DNA from: an uncultured Pelagibacteraceae bacterium
GTDB lineage: Bacteria > Pseudomonadota > Alphaproteobacteria > Pelagibacterales > Pelagibacteraceae
Length of the DNA stretch: 64,000 nucleotides
Reading direction: 5' to 3'
NCBI GenBank assembly: GCA_902578775.1
Contig: CACHEF010000006.1
Coordinates: forward strand, 2,534-66,533
Both the position numbers and the translations under genes were made by a program. Position 1 is the first letter of the stretch; each line of letters starts with the position of its first letter. This document shows, piece by piece, positions 21,727 to 31,737 of the stretch. The notes below the pieces were generated by a model. That model was not told where the DNA came from. It saw only the letters and a program-made list of their open reading frames with translations, and did no database searches.

Positions 21727-24636
21727 ATGTCAGTTTCAAAAAATCTCGAGTACAAAAAGACCTCATTTTTAAACAAATCTAATAGTGCATTTATTGAGCG
21801 AATGTATCTTAAATTTGTAAACAAGGATGAAGATTTACCAGATAGTTGGAAAGATTATTTTGAAGATATTGGTGATGAATTAAATATTATTGCAAAAGAA
21901 ATTAATGGTCCTTCATGGACCCCTAAAAAAAATACAGTAGATATTGATGAGCTTCAAAAAAAAATTGACCAAGAAGAACAAAATTCTAATGGTATTATAG
22001 TAAATAATAATGGTTTAAGTCCAGGTTCATCAAGATCTAACGAAGACTCTATTAAAGCAGTTTCAATGATCAGATCATACAGACAACGTGGACATCTTAT
22101 AGCTAAACTTGACCCACTTGGATTGATGAAATCAGATTATTTAGATGAACTTCATCCAGATTCTTTTGGTTTTAAAAAAATAGATTATCAAAAAAACATT
22201 TACCTTGGTGGAGTAATCAATAGACAAAATTCAAACATTAAGGAAATTTTAAGTTTTTTAAAAAAAACTTATTGTGGACCTATCGGTTATGAATATATGC
22301 ACATTTCCAATCCAACAGAGAGAAAATGGTTTAGAGATAGAATTGAAAAATCAGATGATAATTTAAATTTTACCAAAAATGGTAAAGAGGCTATTTTAAA
22401 TAAATTAATTCAAGCTGAAGGTTTTGAAAAATTTCTTCATACAAAATATGTCGGAACTAAAAGATTTGGATTAGATGGGGGCGAAAGTTTAATACCTGCT
22501 TTAGAACAAATAATCAAAATTAGCAGTCAGTCCAAAGTAAAAGAAGTCAAGATTGGCATGTCTCACAGAGGAAGATTAAATGTTTTAGCTAACGTATTAC
22601 AAAAGTCTTACAAAAGAATATTTAATGAATTCGCTGGAGAATTTGAAACCTCATCAGACGAAGGAGCGGGAGATGTAAAGTATCATTTAGGTGCTTCATC
22701 TAATAGAGAGTTTGATGGAAATTCAGTTCATGTAAGTTTAACTGATAACCCATCACATTTAGAAGCAGTTAATCCTGTTGTGCTTGGTCAAACTAGAGCA
22801 AAACAATATTTTCATAAAGATAAAGAGAGAAATAAAGTAATACCAATTTTAATCCACGGTGATGCAGCATTTGCTGGACAGGGTGTTGTTGCTGAATGTT
22901 TTGCGATGTCTGGACTACCTGGACACAATACTGGTGGTACAATTCACATAATAGTTAACAATCAGATAGGGTTTACTACTAGCCCAAGATTTGCTCGATC
23001 ATCTCCATATCCTTCCGATATAGCAAAGATGGTTGATGCTCCAATAATCCATGCAAATGGGGATGATCCAGAAGCAGTTGTTTATGCGGCTAGAATAGCA
23101 ACAGAGTTTAGATTAAAGTTCAACAGAGATGTAGTTGTGGATCTAATTTGTTATAGAAGGTTTGGTCACAATGAAGGAGATGAACCATCGTTTACACAAC
23201 CTTTGATGTATGAAAAAATTAGATCGCATCCCTCAACAACAAAAGTTTATGCAAAAAAACTTGTAGATGAAAATATTATTTCAAATGAAAGGTTAGATAA
23301 TTCAATTAATACCTTTAAAAACTTACTTGATGATCAATTTAAAAATGCAAAAGATTATAAACCAAAAATTGCTTGGTTCGAGGGCACATGGTCAGCTTAT
23401 AAACCAGAAAAAGGGAAAGATAAAAGAGGTGTAACTGGTGCGAATACTAAAAAGTTATTAGAGATCTCAGAAAAAATAAATGCATCTCCTGACAAATTAA
23501 ATTTACATAAAACTATAGTCAAAATATTAAATAAAAGAAAAGAAGCTGTTAAAAAGGGATCTAATATTGATTGGTCAACTGCTGAAGCTTTAGCGTTTGG
23601 ATCTCTATTAGAAGAAGGCTATCCTGTAAGATTAGTTGGTCAAGATTCTGGAAGAGGAACTTTCAGTCAAAGACATTCGGTTTTAAGAAATCAAAAAGAT
23701 AATACTCGATATGTTCCTTTGAATAATATTTCCAATAATCAAAAACAATTTGAAGTTGTTGATAGCTTTTTATCTGAATTAGCTGTTCTAGGATTTGAGT
23801 ATGGTTATAGCTTGGTTGAACCTAACACGCTTACTCTATGGGAAGCACAGTTTGGAGATTTTGCAAATGGTGCTCAGGTGGTGATTGATCAATTTATAGC
23901 ATCTGGAGAAAGAAAATGGAGAAGGGCCTCAGGATTAGTAATGTTGTTGCCTCATGGTTATGAAGGTCAAGGACCAGAACATTCATCTGCAAGGTTAGAG
24001 AGATTTTTGCAGTTGTGTTCTAACGACAATATGCAAGTAATGAATTGTACAACACCTGCAAATTATTTTCATGCTCTTAGAAGGCAAATGCACAGAGATT
24101 TTAGAAAACCTTTAATCATCATGACTCCAAAATCTTTACTTAGAAATAAGTATTGTGTTTCAAATTTAGAGGATTTTAATAAATCAAATTCTTTTCACAG
24201 AGTACTTTGGGATCATGCCATAGATCCTCAATCAAAGGGCTTTATAAAATTAAAAAAAAGTTCTGAAATTCAAAAAGTAGTTATGTGCTCAGGAAAAGTT
24301 TATTTTGATTTATTAGAGGCTAGAGAAAAATTGAAAAAAAATGATATAATCTTATTTAGAGTTGAGCAGCTTTATCCATTTCCTGCAAAAACTCTTGTTA
24401 AAGAGCTTAAACCATATGCAAAGAATGCAAATTTTTTTTGGTGCCAGGAAGAGCCTAAAAATATGGGTGCTTGGTTTTCAGTAAGAGATTATATCCAATG
24501 GACATTAGATAATATTAAGGCTAATAATAACAAAGTTTCTTATATAGGAAGAAGCCCAGACGCATCACCAGCAACTGGTTATGTAAAAAGGCATATTTCT
24601 CAACAACAAGAAATTATAAAAAAAGTGTTTGAATAA
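21727..24636 (+). CDS. sucA: 2-oxoglutarate dehydrogenase E1
   Basis: [26 protein letters not shown] and [14 protein letters not shown] motifs. Confidence 0.98.
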   Translation: MSVSKNLEYKKTSFLNKSNSAFIERMYLKFVNKDEDLPDSWKDYFEDIGDELNIIAKEINGPSWTPKKNTVDIDELQKKIDQEEQNSNGIIVNNNGLSPGSSRSNEDSIKAVSMIRSYRQRGHLIAKLDPLGLMKSDYLDELHPDSFGFKKIDYQKNIYLGGVINRQNSNIKEILSFLKKTYCGPIGYEYMHISNPTERKWFRDRIEKSDDNLNFTKNGKEAILNKLIQAEGFEKFLHTKYVGTKRFGLDGGESLIPALEQIIKISSQSKVKEVKIGMSHRGRLNVLANVLQKSYKRIFNEFAGEFETSSDEGAGDVKYHLGASSNREFDGNSVHVSLTDNPSHLEAVNPVVLGQTRAKQYFHKDKERNKVIPILIHGDAAFAGQGVVAECFAMSGLPGHNTGGTIHIIVNNQIGFTTSPRFARSSPYPSDIAKMVDAPIIHANGDDPEAVVYAARIATEFRLKFNRDVVVDLICYRRFGHNEGDEPSFTQPLMYEKIRSHPSTTKVYAKKLVDENIISNERLDNSINTFKNLLDDQFKNAKDYKPKIAWFEGTWSAYKPEKGKDKRGVTGANTKKLLEISEKINASPDKLNLHKTIVKILNKRKEAVKKGSNIDWSTAEALAFGSLLEEGYPVRLVGQDSGRGTFSQRHSVLRNQKDNTRYVPLNNISNNQKQFEVVDSFLSELAVLGFEYGYSLVEPNTLTLWEAQFGDFANGAQVVIDQFIASGERKWRRASGLVMLLPHGYEGQGPEHSSARLERFLQLCSNDNMQVMNCTTPANYFHALRRQMHRDFRKPLIIMTPKSLLRNKYCVSNLEDFNKSNSFHRVLWDHAIDPQSKGFIKLKKSSEIQKVVMCSGKVYFDLLEAREKLKKNDIILFRVEQLYPFPAKTLVKELKPYAKNANFFWCQEEPKNMGAWFSVRDYIQWTLDNIKANNNKVSYIGRSPDASPATGYVKRHISQQQEIIKKVFE

Positions 24637-24641
24637 AAACG

Positions 24642-25934
24642 ATGAGTGTAAAAATTGTAGTTCCTGGGTTAGGAGAAAGTATTACAGAAGCAACAGTCTC
24701 TAAATGGTTAAAAATCGAGGGAGAAAATGTTGAAGCTGATGAACCGATTGTAGAATTAGAGACTGATAAAGTTAATTTAGAAGTCCCATCACCAATAACT
24801 GGTGTTTTATCAAAAATAAATTCAAAAAATGGTGCTGTAGTTGAAGTGGGTGCTTTACTTGGTTCAATATCAGAAAATGGATCTGGCTCTCCTAAAGGTG
24901 ATCAAACAAAAAAGACAGAATCTGCACTTAATGAAAATAATATTGTAAATTTAGATACTTCAAAAAATGAAATTAAAGTTTTTGAGGAAAAATCCGAACA
25001 AAAAGTTCAAATAGAAAACCCATTAATTTTAACAGATGAAGTAAAAAGTGAGATTAATAAAGAAATTAATCAAGTTGATCAGACTTTGTCTCCTGCAGTT
25101 AGAAAAATTGTTGTTGAAAATAAAATTGATAGTCAATTAATAAAAGGCTCAGGGAAGGATGGAAGAATTTTAAAAGGAGATTTACTAAGTCTAATGGGTT
25201 CACAACCTCAACCATCTGAGAGAAAAATTAAATATGGCCCTGAAGAAAAAATTAAAATGACAAGATTAAGACAAACAATTGCAAAAAGATTGAAACAAGC
25301 TCAAGAAAATGCTGCCTTATTGACTACGTTTAATGAAGTAGATATGTCAACCATATTGGAAATTCGAAAGGAAAATCAAGAGGATTTTCAGAATAGATAT
25401 GGAATTAAATTAGGTTTTATGTCATTTTTTGTTAAAGCTTGTATTGTAGCTCTTAAATCTTTTCCAGCTGTGAATGCTGAAATTGAAAGAGATGAAATAA
25501 TTTATAAAAATTATTATAATATTAGTTTTGCAGTTGGTACTGAAAAGGGTTTAGTTGTTCCAGTTTTAAAAAATGCCGATGAATTATCATTCGCTGATAT
25601 TGAAAAAAATATTAAAGAAATTTCAGAAAAAGCTAGAGAAGGTAAATTAACTATTGAGGATCTTCAAGGTGGTACATTCACTATAAGTAATGGTGGCGTA
25701 TATGGGTCAATGTTATCCACACCAATTTTAAATTTACCACAATCTGGAGTGTTGGGAATGCACAATATAGTAGAAAGACCTGTAGTAGTTAATGGAGAGG
25801 TAAAGGTAAGACCTATAATGTACTTAGCGTTATCTTATGATCATAGAATTATTGATGGAAAAGATTCAGTCTCATTTTTAAAAATGATTAAAGAAAACCT
25901 AGAGGATCCTAGAAGGTTATTTTTAGATATTTAG
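24642..25934 (+). CDS. sucB: Dihydrolipoamide succinyltransferase E2
   Basis: Lipoyl ETDKV, E3-binding GSGKDGRI and catalytic SYDHRIIDG. Confidence 0.97.
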   Translation: MSVKIVVPGLGESITEATVSKWLKIEGENVEADEPIVELETDKVNLEVPSPITGVLSKINSKNGAVVEVGALLGSISENGSGSPKGDQTKKTESALNENNIVNLDTSKNEIKVFEEKSEQKVQIENPLILTDEVKSEINKEINQVDQTLSPAVRKIVVENKIDSQLIKGSGKDGRILKGDLLSLMGSQPQPSERKIKYGPEEKIKMTRLRQTIAKRLKQAQENAALLTTFNEVDMSTILEIRKENQEDFQNRYGIKLGFMSFFVKACIVALKSFPAVNAEIERDEIIYKNYYNISFAVGTEKGLVVPVLKNADELSFADIEKNIKEISEKAREGKLTIEDLQGGTFTISNGGVYGSMLSTPILNLPQSGVLGMHNIVERPVVVNGEVKVRPIMYLALSYDHRIIDGKDSVSFLKMIKENLEDPRRLFLDI

Positions 25935-27335
25935 ATGTCAGAGAAATTTCAAGCAGTTGTAATTGGTGGTGGTCCTGGAGGATATGTTTGTGCTATAAGG
26001 TTAGCTCAACTTGGATTAAAAACTGCATGTATTGAGTCTAGAGGATCATTAGGAGGGACTTGTTTAAATGTAGGATGCATACCCTCAAAAAGTTTATTAA
26101 ATTTATCTGAGGAATTTTACAAGGTAAAAAACTTATCTAATAAAGGTATAGAGGTGGGTGAAGTAAAATTGAACCTTAATAAGATGATGAAAAGTAAAGA
26201 TAAAGCTGTAACTGTTTTAACCAAAGGTGTAGAATTTCTATTAAAAAAAAATAAAGTCTCTTATTTTAAAGGTCATGGAAGTTTTAAATCAAAAAATGAA
26301 ATTTTAATTAAAGATTCAGAAAATAAAAGTATTCATATAAATGCTGAAAATATAATTATAGCTACTGGATCAATTCCAGTACCTCTTCCAGGAATTGATT
26401 TTGATGAAAAAATTATTCTTTCTTCAACAGGAGCATTGAAAATTGAGCAAGTTCCAAAAAAAATGTTAATAGTTGGAGGAGGCTATATTGGTCTTGAGAT
26501 GGGTTCAGTGTGGTCAAGACTAGGGTCCGAGGTTCATGTAATTGAATTTTTAGATCATATTACCCCTGGTATGGATAAAGAAATTTCACAAGAGTTTATG
26601 AAAATATTAAAAAAACAAGGAATAAAATTTCATATGCAGCATAAAGTTGAAAAAATCAAAAAAAATAGTTCTAGTGCTGTAGTCACCACTATTGACAAGG
26701 ATGGAAATAAAAAAGATTTTGACTGTAATGTTGTTTTAGTTTCAGTTGGAAGAAAGCCTAATATAGAGGGACTAAATATACAATCAACTAAAGTTGAACT
26801 TGATGAAAAGAGTAGAATAAAAACAGATGAAAATTTTAAAACTAATCAAGATAACATATATGCAATTGGCGATGTAATTGATGGCCCAATGTTAGCTCAT
26901 AAGGCAGAGGATGAAGGTATTGCAGTTGCAGAGAATATTGCTGGTCAGGCTGGACATGTGAATTATGATACTATTCCTGGAGTAATTTACACAACACCAG
27001 AGGTTGCCTACATTGGAAAAACAGAGGAAAAATTAAAAAAAATGAATATAGAATATAAAATTGGAAAATTTTCATTTATGGCAAATTCTAGAGCAAAAGC
27101 GATTGATGATGCTGAAGGCTTTGTAAAAATTTTAGCAGATGCAAAAACTGATAAAGTTTTAGGTGCACACATAATCGGACCTCATGCAGGTGAATTAATA
27201 GCAGAAATAGGAATTGCTATGGAGTTTGGCGCAAGCGCGGAAGATATTGCAAGAACTTGTCATGCGCACCCTACTTTTTCTGAGGCAGTAAAAGAAGCAG
27301 CTCTTTCAGTTGATAAAAGAGCGATACATTCTTAG
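25935..27335 (+). CDS. lpdA: Dihydrolipoamide dehydrogenase E3
   Basis: GGGPGGY, GGTCLNVGCIPSK and HAHPTFSE motifs. Confidence 0.98.
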   Translation: MSEKFQAVVIGGGPGGYVCAIRLAQLGLKTACIESRGSLGGTCLNVGCIPSKSLLNLSEEFYKVKNLSNKGIEVGEVKLNLNKMMKSKDKAVTVLTKGVEFLLKKNKVSYFKGHGSFKSKNEILIKDSENKSIHINAENIIIATGSIPVPLPGIDFDEKIILSSTGALKIEQVPKKMLIVGGGYIGLEMGSVWSRLGSEVHVIEFLDHITPGMDKEISQEFMKILKKQGIKFHMQHKVEKIKKNSSSAVVTTIDKDGNKKDFDCNVVLVSVGRKPNIEGLNIQSTKVELDEKSRIKTDENFKTNQDNIYAIGDVIDGPMLAHKAEDEGIAVAENIAGQAGHVNYDTIPGVIYTTPEVAYIGKTEEKLKKMNIEYKIGKFSFMANSRAKAIDDAEGFVKILADAKTDKVLGAHIIGPHAGELIAEIGIAMEFGASAEDIARTCHAHPTFSEAVKEAALSVDKRAIHS

Positions 27336-27359
27336 AAAAAAATTATAAATAAAAATCTT

Positions 27360-27953
27360 ATGGGACCATACAAATATAAATTTTATAGAAATTTTCGAAA
27401 TATGATAAATGCTTCTAGACCTTTTAAAAATGTTTTAGATGTTGCATGTGCTGATGCAAAATTTAGATCCTACTTTGGTACTACAAATTATACTGGAATA
27501 GATATATCCAGAGAAAGACTAAATTCAGATAATGCTTTAGTAAATTCTAGGGGTTTTGAAAACACAGAATTACTTGAGGGAGATTTAACTAACCCAAATG
27601 GGTTGTCTGTTGATAATAAATTTGATTTAGTTGTATCTACTCACACAATGAAAAACATAAGTAGTATTACAGATAAGCAATTAGCTAGCAAAAATCTTAT
27701 TAACTCTATTAATGATAATGGATATTTAATAATCCAATTGACAGATAATTGTTTAAAAATCGTCAAACCAATTTTAGATAATAATTTAAAACTTCAGAAG
27801 CATGTATCTTACAAAGGAGCTATATCAGACATATTAGAAAAAAATTTTTCTGGTAGTTTTCATATGAGTTTTATTGGACGCATAATTAATTTGATTTTCT
27901 CTTATATAGATTTTGGAAAAACTTCAGATAACTTGTTGTTATATAAAAAGTGA
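27360..27953 (+). CDS. Class I SAM-dependent methyltransferase
   Basis: VLDVACAD motif I, YTGIDIS, FDLVVS and GYLII. Confidence 0.8.
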   Translation: MGPYKYKFYRNFRNMINASRPFKNVLDVACADAKFRSYFGTTNYTGIDISRERLNSDNALVNSRGFENTELLEGDLTNPNGLSVDNKFDLVVSTHTMKNISSITDKQLASKNLINSINDNGYLIIQLTDNCLKIVKPILDNNLKLQKHVSYKGAISDILEKNFSGSFHMSFIGRIINLIFSYIDFGKTSDNLLLYKK

Positions 27954-28469
27954 TCAAATATTATAGTAAAATTTCTTCATATTAGTTAGATCAGTTTTAT
28001 TTATATTATGAATCATTCCATGGAGTGTATTTTTATGATCTTCTAATTTATATTTTTTTCTTTCTAATTCTTCAAATCCATATTTTTTATAAAATTTAAT
28101 TAATTTTTTTTTACATAAAAGAAAACAAGGTTTTTTTTTCAATTTAATAAATTTTACAACTTCATCCATAATTTTTTTAGATAGATTATTACCTCTTTGA
28201 TTTTTTAAAACTATAAGTGTCCTAAATAAAATATAATTTTTACTCTTAGAATTAATAACATATTTTCTTTTACCAAGCTGAACATAAGCAACTATTCTTT
28301 TATTCTTTTTAAGATAAAAATGTAAGTCACTTTTAAATACGTTTTTTTTATCATTAAACCATTTTAATTGAGAAGGAATACCATAATCCCACTCAGAATT
28401 TTTCAAATTTATAATTTGATAAATATCTTTCTTTATTAATTTAAAAGTAGGATTTTTATAGAATTTCAT
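27954..28469 (-). CDS. GNAT-family N-acetyltransferase
   Basis: LIVLKNQRGNNLS acetyl-CoA motif A and FYKKYGF motif B. Confidence 0.8.
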   Translation of the reverse strand: MKFYKNPTFKLIKKDIYQIINLKNSEWDYGIPSQLKWFNDKKNVFKSDLHFYLKKNKRIVAYVQLGKRKYVINSKSKNYILFRTLIVLKNQRGNNLSKKIMDEVVKFIKLKKKPCFLLCKKKLIKFYKKYGFEELERKKYKLEDHKNTLHGMIHNINKTDLTNMKKFYYNI

Positions 28470-29538
28470 TAATACATCTTTTTAATTTTATCAAAGTATT
28501 ATTGTAATCGAAGCGACTTAGCTCCTTATAAGATAATTTTGATTTATAAATTGCCTTTTTATAGTTAAGAAGTAATGATTTTAATTTTACTTTAAAGTCA
28601 TTATCTGAATTTGGTTTATATAGATAACCACCTTTACCATTTAATAAAATAAAATTTGATAACCCAACGCCTTTTGGCGCAAGACATGGAATTTTATATG
28701 CCACCGCCTCACCTAAAACATTAGGTGTACCATCATATTTTGAGGTAATACAGATAACATCTATTTGTTTGTTTAATTTTTTGATTCCACCTTCTACGTA
28801 GCCAAAAATTTTGACATTATTTTTTTTTGACATTAATTTTAATTTTTCATAACAACTACCTTTTCCGACAATACAAATATTAAATTGTATTTTTTTAGAT
28901 AAAGATAAGCAGTTTTTTAAAAAAAAAATTGGGTCTTTATCAGGAACTAATCTTCCTACGAAAAATATATTATAAATTTTTTTTAATTTTTTTTTGGCTT
29001 TTTGTTGTGGAAAATAATTATATATAACCTCAACATTTTTTACTTTAATTTTTTTTTTTAAAAATAACTTATTTTGTTCTGAAAATGTTATTACCAAATC
29101 AGAATATTTATAAAAATATGTTAAAAAATTTCTAAAGAAAAATTTTTCTTTAATATTGTTTTCTTCATCTTTATTTTTTTCATTAATAATAGCAGTTTGT
29201 GTTCTAACTATTAGTTTAAAATTCAATTTAAAAAACTTTAATAGGCAAAGAAAAAAATGATCATGCAATGAAAAAATAACCAATTTTTGCTCATTCATCA
29301 TAAACGTTTTAAAAATACAAAAGAGATTATTAGCTATTCTATTTTGAAGAAAAAATTTATTCTTAAAATTAATAATTTTTACATTTTGATTAATAGTCTT
29401 TAATCTTCTACTGTTAAAAGTGTTTGTGATTAAATTTACCTTAAAATGTTTTGATAAGAAATTTGCATATATTGATAATGTTTTTTCTAAACCACCATCA
29501 TGAATTGAGGGACAAAATAGATAGATCTTTTTTTGCAC
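28456..29538 (-). CDS. Glycosyltransferase, GT4 family
   Basis: N-terminal GGLE, VIYN, FVGRLVPDK and SKYDGTPNVLGEA; GTG start. Confidence 0.88.
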   Translation of the reverse strand: MQKKIYLFCPSIHDGGLEKTLSIYANFLSKHFKVNLITNTFNSRRLKTINQNVKIINFKNKFFLQNRIANNLFCIFKTFMMNEQKLVIFSLHDHFFLCLLKFFKLNFKLIVRTQTAIINEKNKDEENNIKEKFFFRNFLTYFYKYSDLVITFSEQNKLFLKKKIKVKNVEVIYNYFPQQKAKKKLKKIYNIFFVGRLVPDKDPIFFLKNCLSLSKKIQFNICIVGKGSCYEKLKLMSKKNNVKIFGYVEGGIKKLNKQIDVICITSKYDGTPNVLGEAVAYKIPCLAPKGVGLSNFILLNGKGGYLYKPNSDNDFKVKLKSLLLNYKKAIYKSKLSYKELSRFDYNNTLIKLKRCINEIL

Positions 29539-29543
29539 AAAAA

Positions 29544-30530
29544 TTAATATCTAAAATTTTTCTTTAAAAAGTTGAAATACTCATTAATACCATCTTTTAA
29601 GCTATATTTAGGTTTATAACCCAGTAATCTCTTTGCTTTCTTAATTGAAAGAGTTCCTCTTGATGGTTTAGTTTTGTCTCTTGCTTGAATTATATAATTT
29701 AGTTCAGGAAACTTCTTTTTAAGATAAATTACATAACTCAAAAGAGTTTGGCCTTTTCCACATGTAATATTGAAAATTTCATTAACTCCTTTTTTACTTC
29801 TTGCCGCAAGAACTGATCCGTTAGCTAAATCTTTTATATAAGTGAAATCAAGTTTTTCATTTTTTCCTTGAATATAAATTTTTTTCTTCTCGAATGCATT
29901 TTCAATAAATATTTGAGATACTCTTCTGTTCATATCTTTTGGTCCATAAACAGCAGAAGGTCTGATTATAGTGTAGGGTATTTTATGTAATTTGCACAAT
30001 CCTTCAGTAACAACTTCACCAGCCAACTTCATAATACCATACGCATCTTTTGGATTTTTTTCTGACTGTTCATTAACAGTTGGTGTTTTAAAATCACCAT
30101 AAACCATACTTGATGAAAAATATACAAATCTGTTAAATTTGAAACGTTTATTTGAATTTTGTATAATATTTATTGCATCAATAATATTTACTGTAGAGTC
30201 GACAGAACTTATTTTTGCTTCCTCGTTATTTAAATTAGAGACTTTGGCTAAAGGCAAAGCAGCAGTATGGTATATATAATTTGGTTTGTATTTGCTTATG
30301 ATTGAAGATAAAGCTTTATAGTTACTGGTGTCACATCTTTCTATTATTATATTTTTTAACGATGGAAATCTTTGTTTTCTAAAATCGATAAAATTATCTT
30401 TAATTGGGTTCATGTAACCACCAAAATTATCAAGCAATATACACTTATCTGAATATTTCTTTTTTAATAATAACTCACATATACTAGATCCAATAAAACC
30501 TAACCCACCAGTAATTAAAGTTGTTTTCAT
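29544..30530 (-). CDS. NAD-dependent nucleotide-sugar epimerase/dehydratase
   Basis: TGGLGFIG, SSSMVYG, YGIMK (YxxxK), RPSAVYGP and DFTYIKD. Confidence 0.92.
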   Translation of the reverse strand: MKTTLITGGLGFIGSSICELLLKKKYSDKCILLDNFGGYMNPIKDNFIDFRKQRFPSLKNIIIERCDTSNYKALSSIISKYKPNYIYHTAALPLAKVSNLNNEEAKISSVDSTVNIIDAINIIQNSNKRFKFNRFVYFSSSMVYGDFKTPTVNEQSEKNPKDAYGIMKLAGEVVTEGLCKLHKIPYTIIRPSAVYGPKDMNRRVSQIFIENAFEKKKIYIQGKNEKLDFTYIKDLANGSVLAARSKKGVNEIFNITCGKGQTLLSYVIYLKKKFPELNYIIQARDKTKPSRGTLSIKKAKRLLGYKPKYSLKDGINEYFNFLKKNFRY

Positions 30531-31639
30531 AAATTATTTATTTTATAGAATTTTCTTATGGTTTTGATCACATAATACACTTCTTTTTTAGTCATATCTG
30601 GAAATATTGGAAGTGTTATTATCTCTTTTGATAATTTTTCAGTAATTGGTAATTTTTTTTTTTTATATTTTTTTAGATAATTTTGAGAGTGCAAAGGGGG
30701 GTCGAAATGTGCAGAAGCCTCAATGTTATTTTTTTTTAGAAAATTAAGTAACTTGTTTCGAATTTTAACATTCACAGTGATAGTATACATTTGAAAAGAA
30801 TGGGTAAAACCTTTTGGTATATAAGGCACATCAATTTTATAAAATGGCTTTGATAGTTCTAAAGAATATAAATTTGCAATTTTATTTCTTGCGTTATTAA
30901 ACTTGGTTATTTTTTTTAATTGCGAATAACCTATTGCAGCTAAATGATTTGGCATTCTAAAATTATGGCCCGGAAGCACAGCTACTCTATGCCAAAATTT
31001 TTTTTTTATATTTTTATCAATACCATGAGCAATTAATTTTTTAACGTAATTATAGGTATTTTTATTATTTGTCGTTAACATACCACCTTCAGTGGTGGTG
31101 ATATTTTTAGTGGGAAAAAATGAAAAACACCCCACTCCAAAAGTACCAGTAAATTTATTATAAATTTTTGCTCCTAAGGTTTCAGCACTATCTTCAATAA
31201 TTTTAATGTTATTTTTTTTACAATATTTTGAAATTTCAACCATATCACAAGGCAACCCAGCAAAGTGGACTACTATAATTGCTACAGTTTTATTTGTAAT
31301 ACATCTTTTAATATTCTTAAGATTTATATTTCTTGTTTTGTAATCTATGTCAGCAAAAACTGGTTTTGATCCACAATTTAAAACCGCATTAGCTGTCGAA
31401 ACCCATGTGAAACTTGGTATTATAATTTCACCTTTAACACCTAAAGATTTAACTGCACATTCTAAAGCACTAGTACATGAATTCATTGCAATAGAATATT
31501 TATAATTGAATTTTTTGTTAAAGAGTTCTTCAAATTTTTGATTATATGGTCCATGTGTTAGCCAACTAGATTTTAATGCCCTTGAAACTAATTTTATTTC
31601 ATCATTATCTATTGATGGTTTGCACAGAGGAATTTTCAT
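30527..31639 (-). CDS. DegT/DnrJ/EryC1/StrS-family sugar aminotransferase
   Basis: NSCTSAL, IIEDSAE, SFFPTKNITTTEGG (PLP Lys) and GHNFRM. Confidence 0.94.
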   Translation of the reverse strand: MKIPLCKPSIDNDEIKLVSRALKSSWLTHGPYNQKFEELFNKKFNYKYSIAMNSCTSALECAVKSLGVKGEIIIPSFTWVSTANAVLNCGSKPVFADIDYKTRNINLKNIKRCITNKTVAIIVVHFAGLPCDMVEISKYCKKNNIKIIEDSAETLGAKIYNKFTGTFGVGCFSFFPTKNITTTEGGMLTTNNKNTYNYVKKLIAHGIDKNIKKKFWHRVAVLPGHNFRMPNHLAAIGYSQLKKITKFNNARNKIANLYSLELSKPFYKIDVPYIPKGFTHSFQMYTITVNVKIRNKLLNFLKKNNIEASAHFDPPLHSQNYLKKYKKKKLPITEKLSKEIITLPIFPDMTKKEVYYVIKTIRKFYKINNL

Positions 31640-31737
31640 TTTGTAAGTTGAATATTAAGTATTAGTTTTATAGCTTATAAACTAAAAATCTATTATTACT
31701 AGAGTTATTGTTATTAATAAATAATAAAATTTTTAAG

